Shown: positions 1 to 8,594 of the stretch, in pieces
How positions within the stretch are numbered: the first letter of the stretch is position 1
Layout: each line of letters begins with the position of its first letter
DNA from: a virus
Taxonomy: Duplodnaviria > Caudoviricetes
Reading direction: 5' to 3' (one strand)
Length of the DNA stretch: 64,000 bases
IMG/VR virus record: IMGVR_UViG_3300028048_000063
Span: 64,001-128,000 of that record
Position numbers and translations under genes: made by a program
Notes under the pieces: generated by a model
Told to the model about the DNA's origin: nothing
Seen by the model: only the letters and a program-made list of their open reading frames with translations
The model's database searches: none

Positions 1-3000
1 AGCTACGCCGTTATTTTTAAGGTCAGCAACAAAATTATTAATAAAACTATAAATTCCAGGACCTGTTGCACCCAAATTAACTACGTCACCAACAGCATCT
101 TTCCTAATATCGAAATCAAATGCTGGCAACAATAAGAAGTCATTTGCTATGGCTGTCTCATTATTTGGGAACATCATATTATCCCCGGCTTTAACTGCTA
201 CAGGAATATATTTTGCGCCAGCTTGCATTTCAGCAATCTTTATTAATTGCTCTTTTGTATATTTATTATTTCCATAAGTATCTGTCTTTTCTAGATCAGC
301 AACTTTTTGGTCAATATAAGCTTGCCCACCAGCTCGTTCTATCAATTCTTGTCGCTCTACGTCAGATAAATTTAAGAATGCTTCTTCTTGTTTTTTTCTA
401 ATATCGTATAATAATGTTCCTGTAATTTTGTCTAACTTTGGTAATTTAGAATCTTGCGATTGTATTTCTTCACTATATACACCGTTTTTAATATCTTGTG
501 CTAATTTAGTTATGTTTATATTCTTTAAAAATTCATCATTAATATCGTAAATAATTCCATGTCTGGCTCTAATACTACTTTCATTTGTGTCAATATCTTC
601 TGCCATTTCTTGGATCATATTATGATATTCAAGCATTCCATCATATCTTTTACGGGATATCTCTGTGTCTCTAGATTTATCTCTGTAATACTTTCTCAAA
701 TCACCCATATCTACATCAGATAATTGTTCTGTGAGATTAATCAAAGACATTAAGGAATTAAATTCACGATATCCATATCTAACAGGCATACCACCTTTAG
801 ATAAAGGCATACCATATTTTTTACCAGCGTGTCCCATTAACATATATGAAAGGAATGCGTCGTCTGCATTTTCAATTCCAATAGTATTTTGGAGACCACT
901 GTTAATAATATTAAACCATTGTTCAGGATTTAATGATATTGGTTTATCATTTTGTGTATATTTATAAGCAGAAGTACCGTTATAGGCTGTAGAAAAAGCC
1001 TCCATAAAAGCTGGGAAATATTTTTTAAATACTCCTCTAGCTGCAATTGCTTCTGGGCCAGACTGTTCAACGACTGTACCGTTTCCTACTTTATATAATG
1101 CATCCCAAGCATCTTGTAGTGCAGTTGATCCTTTGACAGTCAATCTTCGTTTAATTTCGTTAATAAAACCAGCAGGAGTTCTGTCTGAAGCAATAAATTC
1201 ACCCTTATCATTCTTTTCGGTGAGCATACGGCCATAAGCATCCCACATAGCTCCGATTGCAGAGTTGACTACATTTTTACTTTCTACGGCTTCTTTGTCT
1301 ATAATACCAGTAATGCTTTTGTTCATGTAAAAATCATCACTATGCCCACGAACTCGTGCAAGATATGGTAGTAATTCATTTAAATTAATAGAAGTACCTG
1401 TAGCACGTACTGTTGTACCTGGGGCAACATATTTCATACTTTGAGCACTATGTTTCCCATTATATCCTTGTAAAATACCAAAACTTGTGACACCAGAATC
1501 TTTATCAATATTACCAGCCAGCCAATCATTAACAAATGCGTCAATTTGATCCTCATATCTTTTCTTTTTAGTATTATATGTTGGTCTACCCAAACCGCTA
1601 CCAAAACTTAAAACATCTGCGCTAGGATTATATGTTTCTAAATCTGAAACATGTTGTTGCATAGCTTGTCTTACAGCTTTTTTAAGTAAAGCATCATCGC
1701 TTAGTTTGCTAGTATTATGTGCTTTTAATTTTTCAAATTTTAATTTAATAGCTTCATTGGCTAAAGATTTCGCAATAACACTACTTGCAGCAATTTCTTG
1801 TGCACGTTCTTGATCTAATATAATACCACCATTTTGTATACTAAGTACCAACTCTTTTTGTGCACGTTTTAATCTACTACTTAAAGCATTATATGCTGCT
1901 GGATCTAAAGCCTTGTCAACTGCGTCTCTCTGTTTAGTTAAATCGGCAACTCGCGCCTCTAAAGCATCATGCAATTCTTTTTGTGTAGCTTGAATAAATC
2001 TTGTAGTATCATATGCTTTTGAGTCTGGGTTTACTCCTAATCCACTTTGCTCTCTTTGTGTTAAAAATTTAGCTCCTTTTGTGAAAGCTTTTGAATTTTT
2101 ATCATTAAAGAAATTTTGTTCTGTTAATGTTGTCTGATATCCTTTTCTACTCTGTTTTGGTAGTAAGAAATTTAACATATGTGGCACATTATTTAAATAT
2201 GCCATAGTTAAACCATTAGAGTCAGAAACTGGACCATAGACTAAGTCCATTTTTGCTAATTGACCTAATGTATTTAATACAGGTACAGCCAATCTATAAT
2301 CATTTAGAATTGGCTTAAACTTACTATTACGTTTAATAATTTCATACCCCTTTTTAACACCAGAGGCAGATACAATTAACCCCATCTCGTTTAACAAACG
2401 AGTAGCTTGATCTTTTTTTACAGCTTGTTCAGCAAAGCTACCCTTGCCAGCATAATATTTATCAAGTATACCTTTAAAGAGATCTCCTAAATAAACGCCA
2501 GATTTTATAACGTCTTGTCTTTGTTGGCTTCCTTCTATCTTCATTGCGTCTTCTAGATCTCTCATTGTGGAAGCGTTATATTGAGACATAGCACTACCAA
2601 CATTTATAGCATTTTGAGTGCTGGTATTCATAATACGTTTAAGATCTTTTAATCCTTGGGCTGCTTGTACTTTATTTGCGGACTTAATCATCTTAATAGC
2701 TTCAATATTTTTTTCATATTGAAATTCTTGTAAGATATTATTAAGTGCGACTTCTGTGGCTCCTAATAATTTTAAGTTTCCTTCACCATCTGTTGCTGCT
2801 TGTAAAAGATTATTTCTTTGTTGGTTATTAAAATAAATAGTACCATGAGTATCTATTGGTAAGTTCCAAACTTGCTCTTTGATGCCCAATTTATTATAAA
2901 AGTCTTGATCACCATAAGGAAGAGGAACGAGTTGTAACATTGTGTTGTTTCCAACTTTTTGTGTTCTAACATTTACATCAATCCCGGCATCGTTTAATAT

Positions 3001-3213
3001 ATGTAGTACTTCTTCAAGCTTTGCTTTTGCAGATCCGCTACCACGCGTATCTAGTGCTTTTGTTATTATATCGATTTGCGATGAAGTACGTCCAGTATAT
3101 TTGGTCATATCTGTTGCTTTGTCTAAAGCATTTGTACCTTCGAGCGCTTGTCGTATCTCTGGATGTTTCCTAAATAGATCTTCTAGATCTCTATAATTTT
3201 CATTTTCTATCAT
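1..3213 (-). CDS. Giant protein, N-terminal 1071 aa (runs off window); probable virion-associated tape-measure/ejected protein
   Basis: Not in the ORF track because it has no stop in the window. ATG at 3213 is preceded by AAAGGAGG. My manual translation (MIENENYRDLEDLFRKHPEIRQALEG...NNFVADLKNNGVA) stays open to position 1. Function is inferred from size and position only. Confidence 0.55.
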   Translation of the reverse strand, partial: MIENENYRDLEDLFRKHPEIRQALEGTNALDKATDMTKYTGRTSSQIDIITKALDTRGSGSAKAKLEEVLHILNDAGIDVNVRTQKVGNNTMLQLVPLPYGDQDFYNKLGIKEQVWNLPIDTHGTIYFNNQQRNNLLQAATDGEGNLKLLGATEVALNNILQEFQYEKNIEAIKMIKSANKVQAAQGLKDLKRIMNTSTQNAINVGSAMSQYNASTMRDLEDAMKIEGSQQRQDVIKSGVYLGDLFKGILDKYYAGKGSFAEQAVKKDQATRLLNEMGLIVSASGVKKGYEIIKRNSKFKPILNDYRLAVPVLNTLGQLAKMDLVYGPVSDSNGLTMAYLNNVPHMLNFLLPKQSRKGYQTTLTEQNFFNDKNSKAFTKGAKFLTQREQSGLGVNPDSKAYDTTRFIQATQKELHDALEARVADLTKQRDAVDKALDPAAYNALSSRLKRAQKELVLSIQNGGIILDQERAQEIAASSVIAKSLANEAIKLKFEKLKAHNTSKLSDDALLKKAVRQAMQQHVSDLETYNPSADVLSFGSGLGRPTYNTKKKRYEDQIDAFVNDWLAGNIDKDSGVTSFGILQGYNGKHSAQSMKYVAPGTTVRATGTSINLNELLPYLARVRGHSDDFYMNKSITGIIDKEAVESKNVVNSAIGAMWDAYGRMLTEKNDKGEFIASDRTPAGFINEIKRRLTVKGSTALQDAWDALYKVGNGTVVEQSGPEAIAARGVFKKYFPAFMEAFSTAYNGTSAYKYTQNDKPISLNPEQWFNIINSGLQNTIGIENADDAFLSYMLMGHAGKKYGMPLSKGGMPVRYGYREFNSLMSLINLTEQLSDVDMGDLRKYYRDKSRDTEISRKRYDGMLEYHNMIQEMAEDIDTNESSIRARHGIIYDINDEFLKNINITKLAQDIKNGVYSEEIQSQDSKLPKLDKITGTLLYDIRKKQEEAFLNLSDVERQELIERAGGQAYIDQKVADLEKTDTYGNNKYTKEQLIKIAEMQAGAKYIPVAVKAGDNMMFPNNETAIANDFLLLPAFDFDIRKDAVGDVVNLGATGPGIYSFINNFVADLKNNGVA

Positions 3214-3241
3214 ACAACTTTTCCTCCTTTATAGACTAAAT

Positions 3242-3270
3242 AAAAAGCCGCTTTTATTCGTAGCGGCTTT
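3242..3270 (-). terminator. Intrinsic terminator closing the 3302-4771 cassette
   Basis: 9-bp stem AAAGCCGCT/AGCGGCTTT ending in a T-run on the minus strand. Confidence 0.6.
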
Positions 3271-3301
3271 CTTCATATTTTTATTATTATTTATATATAT
3301 T

Positions 3302-3748
3302 TTATTTTTGATCATCATCTTTTCCTCCTAGTGCATATTTACGATCTATAATATCGTCAATAATATAACAAAAATCGTATTCAGGGAAACCATTAAAGCT
3401 TCCTCCTCCATATTCTTTGCCTTCAAAGACCATGAAATACTGTTGTCCATAGTCATCGTCATATACAGGCACACATAGACCTCTATATTCAAGCATCCTT
3501 ATAGGAGGTTGATCCTGATACAAAAATTCTTTTTCTTCTTCTTTTGTTGCTTCCCTCATAATAGGTTTGAAGTCATCACAATAATACATCTTCATATCTT
3601 CAAACCATTTGTGTACTGCTTCATAATAACCTTCCCAGTACTCTTTCGACGTCTTGTAGAAAGATAGAGTTTTTGGCTCTGTCATTCTTTTTATGTAGTC
3701 GAGTTGGTGTTCGTAGTCACCTAATAAATTTTCAAAATTAAATTCCAT
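3302..3748 (-). CDS. Hypothetical protein (148 aa)
   Basis: ORF track 3302..3835; start moved to ATG 3748 (MEFNFENLL), which has an AAGGAGA SD. Confidence 0.7.
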   Translation of the reverse strand: MEFNFENLLGDYEHQLDYIKRMTEPKTLSFYKTSKEYWEGYYEAVHKWFEDMKMYYCDDFKPIMREATKEEEKEFLYQDQPPIRMLEYRGLCVPVYDDDYGQQYFMVFEGKEYGGGSFNGFPEYDFCYIIDDIIDRKYALGGKDDDQK

Positions 3749-3824
3749 AACTCTATCTCCTTTTTTAATTATTTTTATTCTAAAAAAATGGTGCCCGCCT
3801 ATGTGACGAACACCATGTAATTTT

Positions 3825-4091
3825 TTACCAAGCAATTATAATTGTGTCATCGAAGCTTTCATCATCTGCCATTGGATCAGATGTGACAATATATCCATCT
3901 GCTTTAAGATCGTCTATAATAGACTTTCTTACTTCTGAATCTGTGTCCCAGAAACTCCATCTAGTTCTGTTACGTCCTTCGTTAGCACATTCTCTAATTT
4001 CTCTGTAAATGTGATTTTTTAATGCTTGTGATGCAAGCATTCTTGTTCTTGCTTCTGCTGCTGTTAAGTAGCTTCTTGTTGTTTCTCCCAT
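3825..4091 (-). CDS. Hypothetical protein (88 aa)
   Basis: ORF with AGGAGA SD. Confidence 0.7.
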   Translation of the reverse strand: MGETTRSYLTAAEARTRMLASQALKNHIYREIRECANEGRNRTRWSFWDTDSEVRKSIIDDLKADGYIVTSDPMADDESFDDTIIIAW

Positions 4092-4155
4092 AACGTTTCT
4101 CCTGCTCTAAAGGGCTAATATACTTATGGCTATATCGCGAACCCTGTTAATTATA

Positions 4156-4599
4156 TTATTTCTTCCAACCGCCAGAGAAGTAGTCAAAAAGATCTCTAAC
4201 CATCTCACCAAATCCAAAGGCCTTTTCAAATTCAGAATCTGGATCAATTGTAATCTTTGTGTCACCATCTGTGTCGGCTGCAAGTATTTCTTCTACTTTA
4301 TCATCTTTCTTATAATACTTATCAGAATATAAGAAATCATCTTCTTTTTCTTTTAACTTATCGTAATTATCGACCCCGTATAATTCAATAAAGTCTGCCT
4401 TCATGTCATCATATTTAAGCTCTGCTTTTGCGATCTTTTCTGCAGCTTCTCTTCTGATTTTATTAATATTATCGCAGGCATCTAATAATTCTTTAAAATC
4501 TTTGTTCATTTGTTCCTCGCCTTCTAATATGGCTTCTGCTTTTAATAGTTCTTCTTCTGTTTTGTAAAATTGTTTTGTTTTTTCTGAATAGTATAACAT
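4156..4599 (-). CDS. Hypothetical coiled-coil protein (147 aa)
   Basis: ORF with GGAGG SD; charged helical composition. Confidence 0.7.
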   Translation of the reverse strand: MLYYSEKTKQFYKTEEELLKAEAILEGEEQMNKDFKELLDACDNINKIRREAAEKIAKAELKYDDMKADFIELYGVDNYDKLKEKEDDFLYSDKYYKKDDKVEEILAADTDGDTKITIDPDSEFEKAFGFGEMVRDLFDYFSGGWKK

Positions 4600-4645
4600 T
4601 TTTCATTCCTCCGTTCTGTTTATTTGTTTGTTTATGTAGGTAAGA

Positions 4646-4728
4646 TGGTGAGTCCAGGAGTCCCCGGCGTCCTGGTTCTCTAGTCATATAAACTAGCGTT
4701 CTTAGGGAGATATTTAAACTAACCCACC
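4646..4728 (-). tRNA. Atypical tRNA-like RNA (anticodon position ATA; enlarged D and T loops; no encoded CCA)
   Basis: Acceptor GGTGGGT/ACTCACC+A; TA at 8-9; D stem GTTT/GAAC; anticodon stem CTAGT/ACTAG with 7-nt loop TTATATG; T stem CCAGG/CCTGG with a 12-nt loop lacking TTC. Confidence 0.6.
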
Positions 4729-4742
4729 AGATTACTATTAAT

Positions 4743-4771
4743 ATTATACTGTATATAAAGTTGAAAGTCAA
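4743..4771 (-). promoter_or_regulatory. sigmaA-type promoter driving the tRNA-like RNA and three small ORFs
   Basis: TTGACT-17 nt-TATAAT. Confidence 0.8.
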
Positions 4772-4790
4772 CTAGAATTTTCAAATTGAT

Positions 4791-4823
4791 AAAAGTAGGG
4801 GCGGAAAAATCCACCCCTACTTT
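4791..4823 (-). terminator. Intrinsic terminator after the SipW-signal gene
   Basis: GC-rich stem GTAGGGGTGGA/TCCGCCCCTAC followed by TTTT on the minus strand. Confidence 0.7.
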
Positions 4824-4954
4824 GGTTACCCATAAAATACTCTTACTAATGCTTATTGCCCTCTTATGTAACAGTATCGATAATCCACTATGCTTTTTGC
4901 CCTATATGTAAATTATCTACATTTATATTTTTTAATGGAAAAAAGTTTTAGTTA

Positions 4955-5950
4955 TTATGCTTCTGTCATGACGCCGTTATCCCATGCGTAAAGTTGATCA
5001 TCTGCGTAGTCAAAGAAAATCTTAACGTCTGCACCTGTACCTGCGTTAGCAATAATACATGCGTCATCTGTTCCTTCGATCCAAACAATCAATTTAACTT
5101 GAATAAGATCTTCAAATGGTGTCATAGCTGTTGCACTATCATAGAGTGGTACAATATAATACCAATCACCAGCAGCAACTGTGTGGTGTTCATCAAGAGT
5201 TGATCCAGCTGCGGATACATATGTTCCTGCTGTAACAGTCCCTGTGAAGTTGTTAGATTGTACTTTCCCTGGGTATGCACTCATACCTCTATTTGCGATT
5301 GTATCTGTAATGACAGTTTCAGATGTACCGTCATAGATAGCGAGATAGAAGTGGATAGCTGCTGCCATCTTAATTTGAGTACTTGCTGTTGGTACGATTT
5401 GAAGTGTGAGATAAGCTTGTTTTACACTGTTTGCATTAGAAGCTGTTACTGCTAAATCGAAATCGATATAGTCTTTTTGAACTTCTGCTGCCGCAACAGA
5501 ACTTGTATCTACAACGCTTGCGTCTCCGTTAGCCTTATACCAACTATTTGCTGCGATTGTTGTGCTAGCTGCTGAACCTGTGCCAGAAATGGCTGTTGTT
5601 GTATAGCTGACTGCTTTGCTTGCTCCTATTGTCATGTCAATGTTTTGGCCTGCGTTTTCTGGATCTTGAATTTGGAAATTAAGATTTGTACCCATATAAG
5701 AGTCTCCATTCCATTTTGATCCGTCCCAAACAACATCACCGTATCTATAATCAGTGTATTGTCTTGAAGCTTGAGCTGTTGTTGTGCCTAAAGCACCAAT
5801 AATCAAACCATCAGCTGCTGTGGCTTCTAAACGGATAGATTCTACAGTTGCGCTTGCTGTAGCACTAAACCATGCATAGGTTGCGGTAGTTAAAGATACT
5901 GCTAACACTAGTACCATAACTATCGTTGCGATTGTTAAACTTTTCTTCAT
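4955..5950 (-). CDS. Secreted protein with SipW-cognate (TasA/camelysin-type) signal peptide
   Basis: MKK, hydrophobic stretch, then TTATYAWF (T-x-A-W-F signature); Ala/Thr/Ser-rich beta-type body. Confidence 0.7.
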   Translation of the reverse strand: MKKSLTIATIVMVLVLAVSLTTATYAWFSATASATVESIRLEATAADGLIIGALGTTTAQASRQYTDYRYGDVVWDGSKWNGDSYMGTNLNFQIQDPENAGQNIDMTIGASKAVSYTTTAISGTGSAASTTIAANSWYKANGDASVVDTSSVAAAEVQKDYIDFDLAVTASNANSVKQAYLTLQIVPTASTQIKMAAAIHFYLAIYDGTSETVITDTIANRGMSAYPGKVQSNNFTGTVTAGTYVSAAGSTLDEHHTVAAGDWYYIVPLYDSATAMTPFEDLIQVKLIVWIEGTDDACIIANAGTGADVKIFFDYADDQLYAWDNGVMTEA

Positions 5951-6038
5951 AATTTTATCCCCTTGTTTTTTTATTATACGAGAATATTTCTATCCTCGTA
6001 TTTTTTTATTTACAAAATTGAATAAAAATTATATTTGT

Positions 6039-7238
6039 TTAATTTTTTTGATATAAATAATAATTAAAGTTTGGATCGTATTCGTTATTAAGATTGTCAA
6101 TAATATCTCTAAAATATGGATAATCTGTAGCTTTAGCTTTTTCTATGAAATATTTATTTGCTTGAGCTTCAGCAACAGTTTCTCCACAATTGTTTACAGA
6201 CTCAAAAAAGTCACCCTTATAATAATAATTATCTGCAGGACATTCTTCACAACTATGTATAATAGGACATCCTTGACATTGATAATTGTTATGTGCAGAG
6301 ATTCTATTTAAAAAATCTGTGACAAAATCCATATCTAATGTTTTATTGAAAATATTTCCAATTGGCCTATATTTATCTTGTAAACTTGATTCAGATAATC
6401 TAAAACAATTATATAAGTTACCATATACGTCTATAGCTATCTGTACACCTGTCATTCCGCAACTTGAATATTCTTTAACTGAATTATAATTATACGTAAA
6501 AGGAGTTATAATAAAAGGAATTTTATTATCAAGTATCCAATCTGCAACCTTAATTAACTCATTTTTATATTGCTCACACTCTACAGGTGTAATTTCTTGT
6601 GTAATATCTAGATTCATTCTTGCTCTTTGATATCCTAATGAATATAAATATTTACAAGAATCTAAAATATATTTGAAAGTTTCTGGCGTAAATGTCATTT
6701 TACTGTTTGGGACGTCACCTATTCTTTCTTTCTCTGCTTTTACAGCTCTATCTACATCATAAAAACTCGGCCTACCATCTTTATATCTTCTGCACTTATC
6801 ATGACATTCTTCACATCCGTCTATTGTGATTGGGGCAGAGATCTTTTCTTTATATTTATTCAAAAAATGTTGTACATCTTCGTTAAAATATGTTGTACCA
6901 TTTGTCTCTAATACTATACGGGTTTTATAAAACCATTTTACTAAACGGTGTTTAGCACACTCTCTAAACCAATAATCCGTTATAGATTCTACTAAATCCA
7001 TATACAATGTTATCTCTCCACCAATAAAATCTAGCTCCACTTCTGTATCGTTATCAATTTCATTGTTTTGTTCGAAATAAGGTCGTAAAAAACTTTCGCC
7101 TGTTGTTTTATATGATATAACTTCGTCTATGAGTTTTGTGGCCGTTGTAAGTTGTATGACTTTATTTTTTTTAAATTCATAACAATAGGTACATGCCATA
7201 TTGCATTCTTCTGTTATATGAAAAGTTACTCTAAACAT
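6039..7238 (-). CDS. Radical SAM/SPASM peptide maturase (resembles the CXXX-repeat target family)
   Basis: CNMACTYC (CxxxCxxC), FIGGE motif, C-terminal SPASM cysteines CG...NCF...CQGC...CEECP...NCG. Confidence 0.85.
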   Translation of the reverse strand: MFRVTFHITEECNMACTYCYEFKKNKVIQLTTATKLIDEVISYKTTGESFLRPYFEQNNEIDNDTEVELDFIGGEITLYMDLVESITDYWFRECAKHRLVKWFYKTRIVLETNGTTYFNEDVQHFLNKYKEKISAPITIDGCEECHDKCRRYKDGRPSFYDVDRAVKAEKERIGDVPNSKMTFTPETFKYILDSCKYLYSLGYQRARMNLDITQEITPVECEQYKNELIKVADWILDNKIPFIITPFTYNYNSVKEYSSCGMTGVQIAIDVYGNLYNCFRLSESSLQDKYRPIGNIFNKTLDMDFVTDFLNRISAHNNYQCQGCPIIHSCEECPADNYYYKGDFFESVNNCGETVAEAQANKYFIEKAKATDYPYFRDIIDNLNNEYDPNFNYYLYQKN

Positions 7239-7563
7239 TTATAGTATCCTCCTCATCTTTTAAATAAACTTCTATATCACCATTAACTCGACCATGAATA
7301 TAAATAATTTTATAATCAATTAAATTATCGCCATAATAAAAGATCATAAGATTATGTATTCTGTCTAAATTATTGTTTATTCGATTGACACAATTCTCTC
7401 TTTCTGCAATCAAATCTGAAATAATATTATCTATACATAAATCCGCATATTCTTCTTGTGTTAAAGCATTTACTAAATCTGTTGTTACATCTATGTTATA
7501 AATATCTTGTTCACAAAAATCATTGATTAAATCATTTGTCATTTTGTATATAACTGTCTTCAT
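7231..7563 (-). CDS. Small acidic accessory protein of the radical SAM cassette
   Basis: Lies between the Cys-rich gene and the rSAM gene and overlaps the rSAM start; position matches the small partner in CXXX-repeat modification loci (inference). Confidence 0.5.
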   Translation of the reverse strand: MKTVIYKMTNDLINDFCEQDIYNIDVTTDLVNALTQEEYADLCIDNIISDLIAERENCVNRINNNLDRIHNLMIFYYGDNLIDYKIIYIHGRVNGDIEVYLKDEEDTINV

Positions 7564-7574
7564 ACACACCCCCC

Positions 7575-8186
7575 CTATTGTCCAGACGACCTTCTACATG
7601 TAACATATATACAGGTACTGCCGCCCTTTGAAGATTTGCCACAAGTTGTTACAGCTGAACAAGTACTACAACTAGAAGAAGAACCACAAGTTGTTGTAGC
7701 ACTACATGTGCCGCAAGTACGACCAGATGCTCTATATTCTATTGTTGTTGCTCCAGATACAGTCACAGATGTTGTCGAAGTATTATTTACATATGGATAT
7801 ACATAAAAAGTATAACTACCAGCTGTGTATGAAATATAACTTGGCATCGTTAAAACGTCTCCGTAGTGGGCTGTAAATGTCCATGAAGCAGCAGCCCCTG
7901 ATGCTGTTGTGCTCCAGCTTTCAGAACTATGAGTAGAATTTGTGACTGTCAACGTGCCAAAATATTCAGGGGCGTATGTTCCTGTTAAGGAAACCGTAAT
8001 TGTATATTTCTCTTGAAGAATGGTATAGATAGTACTTGACCCAGTTCTGTAAGAAGAATCAATGGCGCCTGTGACAACAGACAGTGTACAATCATACCCT
8101 GAACTGTTAGCTGGCGTATAATTTGAAGATGCTTGGTTTAGATTAACAGCATAATCTTGACTACTATTTTTTGTATAATATGACAT
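7575..8186 (-). CDS. Ser/Thr-rich protein with Cys-rich C-terminal tail; putative rSAM substrate and tail-fibre component
   Basis: C-terminus TCGTCSATTTCGSSSSCSTCSAVTTCGKSSKGGSTCIYVTC (8 Cys); start set at ATG 8186. Confidence 0.7.
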   Translation of the reverse strand: MSYYTKNSSQDYAVNLNQASSNYTPANSSGYDCTLSVVTGAIDSSYRTGSSTIYTILQEKYTITVSLTGTYAPEYFGTLTVTNSTHSSESWSTTASGAAASWTFTAHYGDVLTMPSYISYTAGSYTFYVYPYVNNTSTTSVTVSGATTIEYRASGRTCGTCSATTTCGSSSSCSTCSAVTTCGKSSKGGSTCIYVTCRRSSGQ

Positions 8187-8187
8187 A

Positions 8188-8592
8188 TTAATCACCAACC
8201 TTTTCTTCGAGCTTTTTAACTCTATCTTCTAAATTATCATTACGCTTAATCTCTTCTTTTAATGCACCTATTAACCAGTAAATTAATTTAGTTTCATTAA
8301 TTGAATAAAAACCATCATCATTAATATAAATCATAGACTTTAAGTATTCGTTTGGTAATATTTGTTCTAATTCTTGTGCGATTATACCTATAATTAAATT
8401 TTTATCTTTATCACACTTAAAATTAAATTCTTTAAGTATAATTTTATCTAAAATTTCTTTGAAATTAATATCCTTAACTTCTTTAATATTTTCCTTTAAT
8501 TCTTTGTCTGACGTTGAATAGAAATTAACTGCAGTAATTTTTCCTGTTGAAGTTAAATCTCCATTCACTATTGTGCTGCCTAAAATTGCCAT
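8188..8592 (-). CDS. Stand-alone tail-fibre intramolecular chaperone (peptidase S74-like)
   Basis: STSDKELKENI, GIIAQE, and a C-terminal coiled coil LIGALKEE...LEDRVKKLE. Confidence 0.8.
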   Translation of the reverse strand: MAILGSTIVNGDLTSTGKITAVNFYSTSDKELKENIKEVKDINFKEILDKIILKEFNFKCDKDKNLIIGIIAQELEQILPNEYLKSMIYINDDGFYSINETKLIYWLIGALKEEIKRNDNLEDRVKKLEEKVGD

Positions 8593-8594
8593 AG

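Noticed and set aside
4845-4906. Short direct repeat AGGGCAA(A/T)AAGCAT on the minus strand; possible c-di-GMP riboswitch
   Set aside because: Lacks the riboswitch P2/GAAA architecture and lies in a 3' region; too short to support a call
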